DNA of 64,000 nucleotides from Camelus ferus (taxonomy: Eukaryota): NCBI RefSeq assembly GCF_009834535.1, contig NC_045696.1, positions 15,378,001 through 15,442,000 of the forward strand, written 5' to 3'. This document shows, piece by piece, positions 39,479 through 50,828 of this stretch. The position numbers and the translations under genes were made by a program. The stretch's first letter is position 1. Each line of letters begins with the position of its first letter. A model generated the notes under the pieces. The model saw only the letters and a program-made list of their open reading frames with translations. It was not told the origin of the DNA and searched no databases.

Positions 39479-39685
39479 CGAGATTTGCAAATATTAATTA
39501 CTATATACAAAATAAACAGGTTTCTTCTGTATAGCACAGGGAACTATATTCAACATCTTGTAATCATCTATAATCAAAAAGAATATGAAAAAGAATATAT
39601 GTATGTATATGAATGGCTGAAGCATTATGCTGTACACCAGAAATTGACACAACATAGTAAACTGACTATACTTCAGTTAAAAAAA
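39479..39685 (+). mobile_element. Young L1 3'UTR fragment with TSD
   Basis: ctgtatagcacagggaactatattcaa...actgactatacttcagttaaaaaaa. TSD ACCTCCTGTCAG (39467-39478) / ACCTCCTATCAG (39693-39704). Confidence 0.9.
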
Positions 39686-39786
39686 CACCACCACCTCCTA
39701 TCAGGACAAAGCCAGAGGCACATGCTGAGTGCAAATAGAAATGGACATGAAAGAGTTAAAACTAAATTCACTACTGCTGTAGTGGG

Positions 39787-39845
<59 letters not shown>
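39787..39845. repeat. (TAA)n microsatellite
   Basis: About 19 uninterrupted units. Confidence 0.97.
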
Positions 39846-39894
39846 TTATTTTTTCAATTTGATTTTTATTGAAGTGTAGTCGATCAATTTTTTA

Positions 39895-40090
39895 TTTGCT
39901 ATGCACCAGGCACTTCATACACATTTACACTCTTAATCTTTCTAAGACCCGAACAAGGTACATGTTACAATTTTCACTCTTGCAGATGAAGAAACAGGGA
40001 AAGCAAAGGGTCTAAAATAACTTCTAAATTATCAAGGATCACAGATAGCACGTGGGCTGAGATAGAAACCTGGGCATTTGGGCTTGCTGC
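39895..40090 (-). mobile_element. MIR
   Basis: atgcaccaggcac...ttaatc...cagatgaagaaacag...atcacagatagcacgtgggctgagatagaaacctggg. Confidence 0.7.
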
Positions 40091-41032
40091 TGTTTTTGGA
40101 GGAATGGGCTCAATCCTACAGCAAGTTGGCACAAAGTAAATCTTCTGTTACTCCTGTGCCCCACGGCTTTGTAGAAGAATGTTGTTATGATGTTCAGCTC
40201 TGGTGGTTCGCTCTAATTACCAAGAGCTCTGTGTTGAGTGTCTTTCTCCACTGTGGGGCTGGCACAGTGACGGGGCAGCGAGCCAAACATCTCATCAGAG
40301 CACACTTTGGAGGGGGGTTAGGCGTTCCTTATGCTCCAGAATTTCACAGACATTTACGGGATTTCATAGATTCAACAGCTTTAGAATAATAGAAATACAA
40401 CTGAAGTCTAAGTTTTAACTAACCGTACATGTGAAAATTCTTCAATCAGTGAATCAGTCAGTTAAAAAGTGTTGACAGTTTTGATACAGCTCCTTGTAAG
40501 AAGCACAGGTGAGCGATAAAGAACAGAATAACAGAAAATACAATAAGAGACTAAGTGTCATGCATTCATTAGTTACTTGAGACAACAATTTTCAGGAATG
40601 ATGTATGAGATAAGCTTGACTGCTATGTCAGACAAATATATTAATATTGAGTGTTCATTCCTATAACCTTGGATTCAAAAAATATTTAGACTGTCTACCA
40701 TATGCAAAGTATTGTGCTGAGGACCAGACACACTGTGGCAAGCAAAATAGGGGTGTGTTCATTCAGATTGGTACTGTTTCAGGTGACAGAATTCCTAACT
40801 AAACTGGGATAAGCAAAAATAAGGATTTTATTGACTTTGTGGATTCAAGGATTCTAAAGTTACTGTTTTCTCTCTCTTTTTTTTTTTTTTTTCCTATCCC
40901 TTGGTCTTATTTGCACCCTCTTGTTCTCATTCTCACCACTGCTTAGTCTGCTTGCATTTAGTGGCATTTCTCAGATAAATGGCAATCATCAGAGACTGAT
41001 TAGATGTGGCTTTTGTCCCCTTTCTTCTTCTT

Positions 41033-41165
41033 TTTTTTTTTTTTTTGAAGGGAGTGGTAATTAGGTTTACTTAGTTATTTATTTTTAGAGGGGGTCCTGG
41101 GGATTGAACCCAGGAGCTTGTGTACACTAAGCATGTGCTCTACCAGTTGAACTACACCCTCCCCG
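41033..41165 (-). mobile_element. vic-1-like SINE with TSD
   Basis: ctggggattgaacccaggagc...ctaagcatgtgctctacc. TSD CCTTTCTTCTTCTT (41019-41032) / CCTTTCTCCTTCTT (41166-41179). Confidence 0.9.
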
Positions 41166-41189
41166 CCTTTCTCCTTCTTGGGGTCGTGT

Positions 41190-41530
41190 CTACCCTATAT
41201 TCCACAGCTGTCTACCTCCACCTTATGTCAGGTGGATCAATATGGCCAGTTATGCCAATGGACTGTCAACAGAAATGAAGACCGCCACTCCTAGGAAGAC
41301 AGAACGTCTTATCTACTCTCTCCTTCTTCCTTTTCTAAGTCAGTGATGGAAGCAGCAAGTGGAGGATGGGGTAAGACCACAGGATGAAACATGGTTGAAT
41401 TCTTGATCAACTGCATGGAACAGTGCCCCACGTGCCATCAATCCACAAAGAACTGTGCAATGATCGAAGGATAAAACATGATGATAAAAACACTGAGAAT
41501 TTGAGAGCATTTACAATAGCAGTTAAAATA
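41190..41530 (+). mobile_element. Old MaLR LTR (MLT1I/J-like)
   Basis: gccaatggactgtcaacagaaatga...actgcatggaacag...cactgagaattt. Confidence 0.55.
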
Positions 41531-43880
41531 TAGTTCAATTGTGTAAGACCATTGAGAATTTATGGATATTTCATAGTACTTAGAGTTCCATTTTTAATAC
41601 CTGATCCTTATATCTTGTGATCAAGGAGAAAAACTAGACTTGGCTAATGACTTCACAAATGTCCCAAGTGGGACTCCAACACACAGAGCTCTTTCTGTCT
41701 ATAGCTAGATCTCTGGGGTGCTCTGAGTTCCTGGTTTGTTATCAAGTACCCAGCCCTGTGGGAAGGGGACAGAGATGGAATTAGCTTTACTCAAGCACAT
41801 GGATTGTGTTTCCTTGAAAAGGTGTGGTTTTATTATTAGAGAAAGAGTGGTTAAGAAAGGTGACAGACAAATACCGAACACATGCATAAATACTCAAAAA
41901 AATGGTTAACACACACATTTTGCATAGTTAACATGTATCTATTCATGCCTCCCATTTGCCAGTTACCAAACTAGAAACTGGCGTTACGAGATGATAAAGA
42001 TAAATGTGGTTCCTGCTTTCATTGGAGTGGGCATTTTAATGGACAGGACAGACATAAAGAGAGAGGAGGGGAGGCAAAAAGAGAAAGAAGGATGAAAAAG
42101 AGGCCAAGAATAATTCCGAGACATGGAGTTATCTTCAGCATGCTAAATGCCTACTTGTGTCGGAGGGACCCAATCATTAGACTTGTCAACGATCAAAGGC
42201 AGAAGCAATGTCTATGAGAGAGACTGGAGAGGGAGGGAAACAAAATCAGAACACCTCATAGTCTCAAGACATTCTTTTGCATTTTGTGGGGAGAATACAT
42301 TGTTTGGCTAAAAGCTCGCAGAGAGTCCAGTCGAGACAGTTTGCCCTTTAATCCTCTGGCTATCGATATTTTTTTAAATGATTTTTGGATTTTCTGAAAA
42401 TTCTGTAAAGTTTAGCTGTGAAATATACATGAGAGGCTTTCTTGGTGTCAGACTCGACAAGTTTTCTTCCACGAATGCCTTTGCCTTAGTTAGTTTCCAT
42501 TTGCACCATTTTCCTCAATCCACTTTTCTAAGAGAAAGACATCTTAGAAGCAAATGGATGGATAAAATAATGACCTGTATCATTACTGCTTTGGCAGAAA
42601 TAAATGAGGATCTGAAATGCCAAAAAATAGGTTAGACATTATAGAGTTAATTGTAAATATGTGTTTAGTAATTCACAACCAACTACTGGTAATTAATTCT
42701 AAAGTCATGAGTCAAAAGAACTCTTTCAGGTATAACTCAACAGTCACCTAAAACATTGGGGCCCAGACTGACATGGACCATCCAGTCTGATACCCTTTGT
42801 GGGTAGATCTGGTGAGGACTCCCTGTGGAGGATGATTTTTGAATATAGGTTTGAGTTTCATGAGTGACAGCACCACAGCCTCATTCTCTCCTGCTCAGCT
42901 CTGTTCTCAAAAGAATGAGACTCCCCACCTGTGTGAAGGACAAGGGGAATCTTGCTTCATCACTTACACAGACTGGAAAGGGTGTAGATGGATTGGAAGA
43001 GGATCCAGAAATCAGGAAAAAAAAAAAAAAAGGAGCAAAAGTAAGAGTCCAGCTTTGGGGAAAAATAAAGGAAAACGTGGGCCAAGATGAATCCCCTGAA
43101 CTATAACTCAATCAAATTCCATTTCCTCTTCTTTTCCTGCTGCCTCAAGCCCATGTGCTTATATTTTCAAAGGTGAGAGGTAGCCACCTTGTTGGAACCC
43201 TGAGGTACTTCAGTAGAGGTGGAAGGGGAGTTTCCAACAAGCCCAGGACTGGATAATTGGAAGGAAAAAGAGGGAGAGTCAAAGGTGATGGTCATGTAAT
43301 GGATTCCTTCCTGGGACTTAGAATAAAATCTTTATTCAGTCAGTCAGTACATAAGCAATGGTGGCATTGTTACTTCCTGTTTCTGCCATGATTGAGGGCT
43401 TGGGAAGATGGGTATAGCAAGACTCACCAAAGTAAAAGAAAACAAGTAAACACTGCCCAGCTTTTACCTGAACCCCTATTCTCATGTAAGATCCTAACCT
43501 GGATGACTGCACTTCCACCTGTTAACAGCTGCCTAGGAAATGTGTGTGTTGGAGCGGTGTGTGTTAGTCCACAGACCGCCGTGAAAAATACTGTGTATCT
43601 CTTTCTTAAACCATCTCAGCAACTTGCAGTGACCCCAGCAGCATGGGTGGAAGGTAAGCTTACTGATCAGACAGCCTCTGTCTCCATTTCACTAGCCAGT
43701 GGTGAGAGAGGCAGGAACAATTTGATGCTCATCAGCTCCATTTGCACTAACTTCAGCTTCTTACTTCACTGGCCAGAATAACACAAATAAATTTTAATAA
43801 GGAGAGATTGACTGGTATCCAGGGAGGCTTTCGACACTGCAGAGCTTGAACAAGGTGTTGTTGCTATTTAACCTTAAACC

Positions 43881-43924
43881 AAAACAAAACAAAACAAAAC
43901 AAAACAAAACAAAACAAAACAAAC
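43881..43924. repeat. (AAAAC)n pentanucleotide repeat
   Basis: Eight full units, direct reading. Confidence 0.95.
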
Positions 43925-44516
43925 TAGTTCTAGGGCTATGAAACAACGAAGCCTACCTACTACAATTACAATGGCAACTACTACTCATTAAGCAACTTGA
44001 AATCTTAGCTTAAATTTACCATCATGAAGGAAAAAATAAAAGCCTCAAATGTTTTGAATTACTCTGGGCTGGAAATTCCTGATTTTCCATGTGTTTCCAG
44101 TAATGTTTGATTTTGAGATGATTTCCGGAAAATAAAGGGGGAAAAAAAAAAAAGAACTCGCGTAACTCATAAAAGCACGTAATATGCACATAATTGTGTG
44201 AGAAAAGCTAAAACAACATTTCACAGCTGGCCAGCATAAAAACTGACTTGTCGGTCTTACTTTACAGATAGCACCTGTATGTCTTAAATAATACACATGT
44301 ACATTATTCATGTGAAGACTTTTATACCGTATAAAATTTCTGGGTATAAGAAAAATGAAAATCTAGTTTTCCCCCAAATTTATTTTTTATAAAATTAAGT
44401 AAAACTGATTCTGAAACATATGTTATGTATCACAACAGATAGACCGTTCTGTAATATGTCCTAGACAGGGAGCAGAGAACATGGTTTTGAGTTATATTAG
44501 GAGTATTTCTTTAAAA

Positions 44517-44527
44517 ACACACACACA

Positions 44528-44571
<44 letters not shown>
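44517..44571. repeat. (CA)n microsatellite
   Basis: Direct reading; one GA interruption. Confidence 0.95.
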
Positions 44572-44574
<3 letters not shown>

Positions 44575-44966
44575 TCAGATCTCAAGAAAGTTTTCTCTGC
44601 AAGGGGACAGGGGAGTTGGCATAAGCTCCTCTCCTATCATCTCAGGATTCTCTGCCCACTCATCACATCAGAACAGCCTAGACGGGAACTGAGTTAGGGC
44701 TGAGGGTTGTGTGCACGCGTGTGCGCATGCGCGCCGATTAGTGTTGCGTGTCTAATGTGTGTGCCATCGTGCACGTGCTTTGGCGTGTCAAGAAGCACGT
44801 TACATCATTGTGGAATTTATGGTAAGAGGGGAATAAAGGGCTAGGAAAAAAGAGAAGAAGGATTTTCAGGTAATAGTTTCACCCTCTATAATTTAGGATT
44901 CCTTTTAAAGCTAGCGTAGTACATAAACTCCCTTCCCTATCCCCAAAGTGTAAGCTTTGGTTTTTG

Positions 44967-45303
44967 TTTTGTTTTGTGTTAAGAATATTTAACGTAAAAT
45001 CTACCGTCGATTAAATTTTTAGATGTACAATATAAGATTGTTAATTATAGGCACGATGTTTTACAGCAGATTTCCAGAAAATATTGATCTCTCATAACTG
45101 AAACTTTATACACTTGAAGAGGAAGTCCTCACTTCCCCCTCCCCCCAGACACTGGCAACCATCATTCTACTCTCTGCTTTTATGAGTCTGGCTCTTTTAC
45201 GTGGACAACAAGACGGAAGCTGAAGGACATTATGCGAAGTGAATCACGCCAGTCACAGGAGGAGAAATACGGCATGATTGTACTTATTTGAGATACCTCA
45301 AAT
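44967..45303 (-). mobile_element. L1MA-type 3' fragment with 5' inversion and TSD
   Basis: Antisense 3'UTR to ~45198, then a sense segment ~45201-45303. TSD AGCTTTGGTTTTTG (44953-44966) / AGCCTTGGGTTTTG (45304-45317). Confidence 0.85.
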
Positions 45304-46995
45304 AGCCTTGGGTTTTGAAGCAAGTCTTCTCAGATCTAGTATTTACAAAAGGTGAGTGGCACTAAAGGAAAAGGCTGACCCAGAATCTTTAAAACATTCA
45401 TATAGGGCCTTAAGCAGCAGTGAAACTGTCCCGCTCCCAACATCCACCATGCTGCCTCTCAGGGACATGGTACAAAAGGACCTCAGAATACAGCAAGACC
45501 TCGGGTAGGGATCTCAATGCGGGAAAGGAAAATTATTGCAGAGTTGAGAGACTGTGATTCTTCTACTTGGGAGGTAAGCAGCAGGTGTTTGGCTGGAGGA
45601 GAAAATTTTATTGTCAGTTATTTCCTCGCTCTTAGCATTAAAATCATAGATGGGGGAAGGGGAGGAAATGACACTTTAGCAAATGGAAATTTGAGAAAAT
45701 ACTACTTACAAGGATATACAGATCCTATGGAGTGAAGCTGTACTGGAAATACACAGCTCAGAGCACCTGCAGAAGTTGTTCCTTTGCTTTTTTTCCCTAT
45801 TTGTATTTTCCAGTTTGCATTCCAAGTATCTCTTGGTACAAATGGCTTCATCGCTGAACTGTCAGTTTCTCTGAACATTAATCATGGCTTATTCATCTTT
45901 ATACGTCTCCAGAGAACCTCCAGAACATTTTACAGTGGGCCCTCGACATATATTTGTTGCATTGGGTGGACTTTAAAAGATGTTGCAGATTTAGTATCAC
46001 ATTAGGGGGAAGAGATTTAGGTTAGGTTTCAGGAGAGCTGGCCAACAGTGGACTTTTGACCACAGACAAGTCACTGGGCTCTGTTCTTAGATAATCCCCA
46101 AGATATTTCCAACCTGTAATATCCTGGAGTGGAAAGTCTCTCTCCCTTTGGGGAAATGTAAAATTACGTATCAGGTGTGATCATATACTCTAGAAATGCA
46201 ATGGAAAGTTCTCATTAAAAATGCAATAATAAAACTGCTACTTGGAATAATGAAATGATGAAGTAGCAATTAACCCACCTAAATGTTTTATCTTTCTGCT
46301 CTAAAAAAGAAAATAAAAACCCAAGCTACCTTCATCCAGAGCAAGTTATTTCTTTGGACTGACAGACATTAATTTTGAATGTTTCTGGAACAGTTCCTCC
46401 TAATCTACAAGGGTAATATTTAAAAAGTATTATGAAATGAATGTCCTAAAGTGCCCAAGTTATTCTCACAGCAAAAAAAAAAAAAAAAAAAAATTATATC
46501 CAAGTACAAATTTTCTGAATATGTAAGAATTTACTCATTATATTTATGAGCTGTATTAGCTCCTGTCCTTGTGAATATATGGTTATACTTGATATTCACC
46601 TTTGGGGCTTGATCTGTTTCTACCCTATCCTTCAACATATTTCTAAACATCTGAATATTCTATCTGAGTACAAAGATCATTACATAATTAAAATGGAAAG
46701 CTTAAAATTTAAAGGCATGATTTATGTAAGACATGTAGTGTTTCTGAGAGAGGAGAAACCATTCACTAAGAAGAAAATTCAGCTGGATTTCTTTAAATGC
46801 TAAATAAGAGATCTGCTGTCTGTGAATCCAAATAATTGTAATTCGTAAATTTACACCACTGTCATCTAAAATGCCTGTCTACCAAAATGATCCTTTGAAA
46901 TTAACAATAATAAAAAGAGTTCAAGTTACTGAATCAAAGTTATTTCAGAGATGGTATTTAGTGATAAATATTGGGCCACTTTTTACTGAAATTGG

Positions 46996-47033
46996 TAATA
47001 ATAATAATAATAACAACAACAACAACAATAACA
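46996..47033. repeat. (AAT)n(AAC)n compound microsatellite
   Basis: Direct reading. Confidence 0.9.
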
Positions 47034-49024
47034 AATGCTACCAAAGGGCACAAGGCAATGACCACTGAAGAGAATGGCCAGCCCAAGACATGGAGGCTTT
47101 TGAGGGGACAAAGAAGAGTACAGGACTCTAGGTTCTCCTCCTTTATTTCTTGATCCTGATGTCTCTAGTTCCTCAAAATACTCAACTGGTAGTGTTGCCC
47201 TTGGACAACTGACCACTGAGAGACTGAGGGTTATGGAATTAAAAAGCAATGGCCTTCAGCAGTAGTGACTTCCTCCCAAATCTTGAGGTATTTCAGAATC
47301 CACCAGAGGTTGCTGGGTGGTCTGGGGACCCCAATGATCGGCTCATTTATAAACGAGAACTAACTCCCAGGACACACATCAGTCCTCGTCCCAGATGACT
47401 CCCGAGGGTTCTCCAGGCGCAGGGCAACAGGCATCATTGCTGAGCAATTCTGGGATTCCCTCCCAGGTTCATCTCTACTTCAGGGACCTCAAGCCAGTTC
47501 GGGACTCTCCTGATTCCCTGAAAAGTGATCAGATCCCCCAGCAAGGATAAAAAAAACCCACCAGCATCTTGGGGTGCACAGAGGTTGCCCTGTTATCCTT
47601 GGTATGCATCCCTGTGAACTAAACAAAGGTAGAAAGACATAAATGTGCTAAGTATGGTGGATTCGTTTTTCCCTAATATATTCATTAATTTGCCTAAAGA
47701 ATAATGGGGCAGGAAGATGCTCTAGACCCTATACTAAACCTGACCATTACCAGCAGTGGCTAGAAAGGCCTTGGATTTTCCTTTTTTTTTTTTTTTTTTT
47801 TCCTTTTAGATTTGATAGTCTGAGGAAAGATAGAGGAGAGAGAAACCAAGGAGGAGTAACAATACCACTCACGTCCTAAAAAGCACCAACCTGCGTCCCC
47901 TCTCCTCAAATGTCTTCTTTTTCTCCTAAAAGAAATTTCTAGGAATTGGTCAGGGCCAAAGGTGATGAATGGTTGTTTTAGGAGATATAAATACAAAGGA
48001 TACGTATTTATCATTTAGGTATCATTTAAGCCGAAGTAAGAAAAGTGTGGGCACATTTTTTTAATCTGGGGGGGTTAGGGGGATGAGCGCAATTCCCTTC
48101 AAGAGTTAACTCTTTCCCGCCCTGCCTTCTTAAAGCCAAGCAAAGGAAGTTCCAGTCATCCGGGATTAAGTGACAGATTGTGGGCGCCGGTGAAAGGCGC
48201 GCTTGAGAAAGGGGGGAGCCCGCGGCTAGCACACAAAGGCGGGAGTTCCCAGGCCTCCGGCGCCCCTGCCCGGGGACACCGCAGCCCTCAGGGCGCAGCG
48301 ACGCGCCAGGAAGCGCCCGCGGCTCTCCGTCTGCTCGGCCCCTCCGCTGGTGGCTGGGAGAAGTTAGTCACCCGGAGCCCGAACCTCGCGTGCGTCGGAG
48401 CGCGAAGAGGCCGGGGAATGGGACGGGAGGAAACCGGGTACCGGGACGGCCGACGTGGGGCGAGAGGAGCGCGGGGCGAGGGGGAGCACGGGAAGCCGAA
48501 AGCCCTTGGCTGGTGGATGCAGTTGCAAGGTCGGCCGGGCCGGAGCGCACCGGCGTGCAAAGGGGCAAAACTTGCGGCAGGAACTTCCTACAGAGGCAAA
48601 GAAAAGCCGGAGTGAAGGAGGCAGGGAGAGACTTGAAACGTCTCAGTAACTTAAAAAAACACGCCAAAACACCCTTTCAGGAGATGAGGTAAGCCGAGGT
48701 TAACCAACCCCGATTGGTTGTGAAATATCAGACAAACCCCGAGCCACTGTGGCTTTAAATGAGGCCAAGGAAATCTTCTGTTTTTCTTACTCAAACACTT
48801 TCCCCCTACCTCGCCCTTGCTCCCTCCTTCGTCCCTCCTTCCACCTCGCCGTGTCCCTTCCTCCTTCGCGGTCTCCCTTTCCTCGATCACCCCCCTGGCC
48901 CGCCCTCCCCCTTCTGATTAGGCGCGGACCGGGAAGGGTGGGAGTGGTGGGGGAAGCTCTCCCTTTAAGAGGCAGCTTGCAGTGACGAATTGTTGAAATT
49001 GCCATTGCAGGATGGCATGCCGCT

Positions 49025-49724
49025 ATAAATTCATTGTTCCACCTCCTCGCATCTTCACAGCGCTCGCGCTGCTCTCCGCGCTCGCAGCGGCCGACTGGGG
49101 ATGACGGCTGGCAGGAAGACACTGCATCCAAAGGGACACGGACGCGCCTCTTCACCGGCTCGCCGAAGGCCGCCCCTTGCATCTTTGTTTTATTTTTTAT
49201 GGCTTTTTTCCCTCTCTTTCTTTCCTTCCTCCTGGTTCCACTAGGGTCAAGGAAACCCACAAAATAAGAGAGGAAGCGGGCTTCGGAGCTTGGAACCCCG
49301 GCGGGTCCCGAGCAGCAAGGGGACTGGAGGCAGCCCGCACCCGTTGCCAGCCTGGTGCGCGGCACCTTCTTACTTTTCTTGGTGCACCGATCTTGGCCGC
49401 ATTTGGGGTTGATTTGGGGTTTTCCCCTTTTCTCGTACTTGCTGAATCTCCAAAACCCGGCTTTTTTCTTTTTCTTTTTTCCCCCTCTTTCCGGAGCACG
49501 AATCCAAACATTTTCCAAACCAACAAAGAAAAGTTCGCACGTTGGCACCGCGGCCGGGACAGGCTGGCGCTGCTGCCGGGTCCCCTTCCCTCCGACACTT
49601 GACTCAACCTTGCAAGCAAGCAAGTGTATGTGTGTTCCCACCTCCCGCCCCGGTAACTTCCAGAGCGAATAACAAATTCCCATAAAGTCCCCGTCGCGCA
49701 GCCCCTCCCCGCGGGCAGCGCACT
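49025..49724 (+). other. ADAMTS5: ADAMTS5 5'UTR (start approximate)
   Basis: Sequence from ATAAATTCATTGTTCCACCTCCTCGC to ...GGCAGCGCACT-ATG resembles my recollection of the human ADAMTS5 mRNA leader. The true TSS cannot be fixed from sequence. Confidence 0.7.
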
Positions 49725-50828
49725 ATGCTGCTCGGGTGGGCGTCCCTGCTGCTGTGCGCGCTCCGCCTGCCCCTGGTCGCGGCCGGCCCCGCCGCGGCAC
49801 CTGCCCAGGATAAAGCCGGGCAGCCTCGGGCTGCAGCAGCGGCCGCCCAGCCCCGCCGGCAGCAGGGGGAGGAGGCGCAGGAGCGGACCGAGCCTCCGGG
49901 CCATCCGCACCCCCTGGCGCCGCAGCGCAGGAGCAGCGGGCTTGTGCAGAACATCGACCAGCTCTACTCGGGAGGCGGCAAGGTGGGCTACCTCGTCTAC
50001 GCGGGCGGCCGGAGGTTCCTCCTGGACCTGGAGCGGGATGGTTCGGTGGGCGCCGCTGGCTTTATGCCCGCAGGAGGCGGGCCGAGCGCCACCCGGCGCC
50101 ACCCGGGCCACTGCTTCTACCGGGGCACCGTGGACGGCAGCCCCCGCTCCCTGGCTGTCTTTGACCTCTGCGGTGGTCTCGACGGCTTCTTCGCGGTCAA
50201 GCACGCGCGCTACACTCTGAAGCCGCTGCTGCGTGGGTCCTGGGCGGAGGCCGAGGACCGGCGCGTGTACGGGGATGGGTCCGCGCGGATACTGCACGTC
50301 TACACCCGCGAGGGCTTCAGCTTTGAGGCCCTGCCGTCGCGCACCAGCTGCGAGACCCCTGCGTCCCCTCCAGGGCCGCGGGAGCGCCCCTCAGCGCACA
50401 GCAGCCCCGATCGAGGCAGGGCGCTGGCCCCGCAGCTCCCGGACCAGTCAGCTCCCTCGTCAGATGGGAGTCCGGGACCACAGACGTGGTGGCGGCGGCG
50501 GCGGCGCTCCATCTCCCGGGCCCGCCAGGTGGAGCTGCTCCTGGTGGCTGACGCGTCCATGGCGCGGTTGTATGGCCGGGGTCTGCAGCATTACCTGCTG
50601 ACCCTGGCCTCCATCGCCAACCGGCTGTACAGCCACGCCAGCATCGAGAACCACATCCGACTGGCCGTAGTGAAGGTGGTGGTGCTGGGCGACAAGGACA
50701 AGAGCCTGGAGGTGAGCAAGAACGCGGCCACCACGCTTAAGAACTTTTGTAAGTGGCAGCACCAGCACAACCAGCTGGGGGATGACCATGAGGAGCACTA
50801 CGACGCAGCCATCCTGTTTACTCGAGAG
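49725..50828 (+). CDS. ADAMTS5: ADAMTS5 coding exon 1 (codons 1-368): signal peptide, prodomain, furin site, N-terminal part of the metalloprotease domain
   Basis: ATG at 49725. Translation MLLGWASLLLCALRLPL...CFYRGTVDGSPRSLAVFDLCGGLDG...WWRRRRR/SISRARQVELLLVAD...HYDAAILFTRE is recognisable ADAMTS5. Ends at donor GAG|GTAGGT (50828/50829); 1104 nt, phase 0. Confidence 0.98.

Noticed and set aside
49197..50297. 366-aa antisense ORF, plus the 298-aa ORF at 48787-49683 and other overlapping ORFs in the CpG island
   Set aside because: The 366-aa ORF starts at GTG, not ATG. Stop codons are scarce in GC-rich DNA opposite a real CDS, and the products are low-complexity with no recognisable domain.
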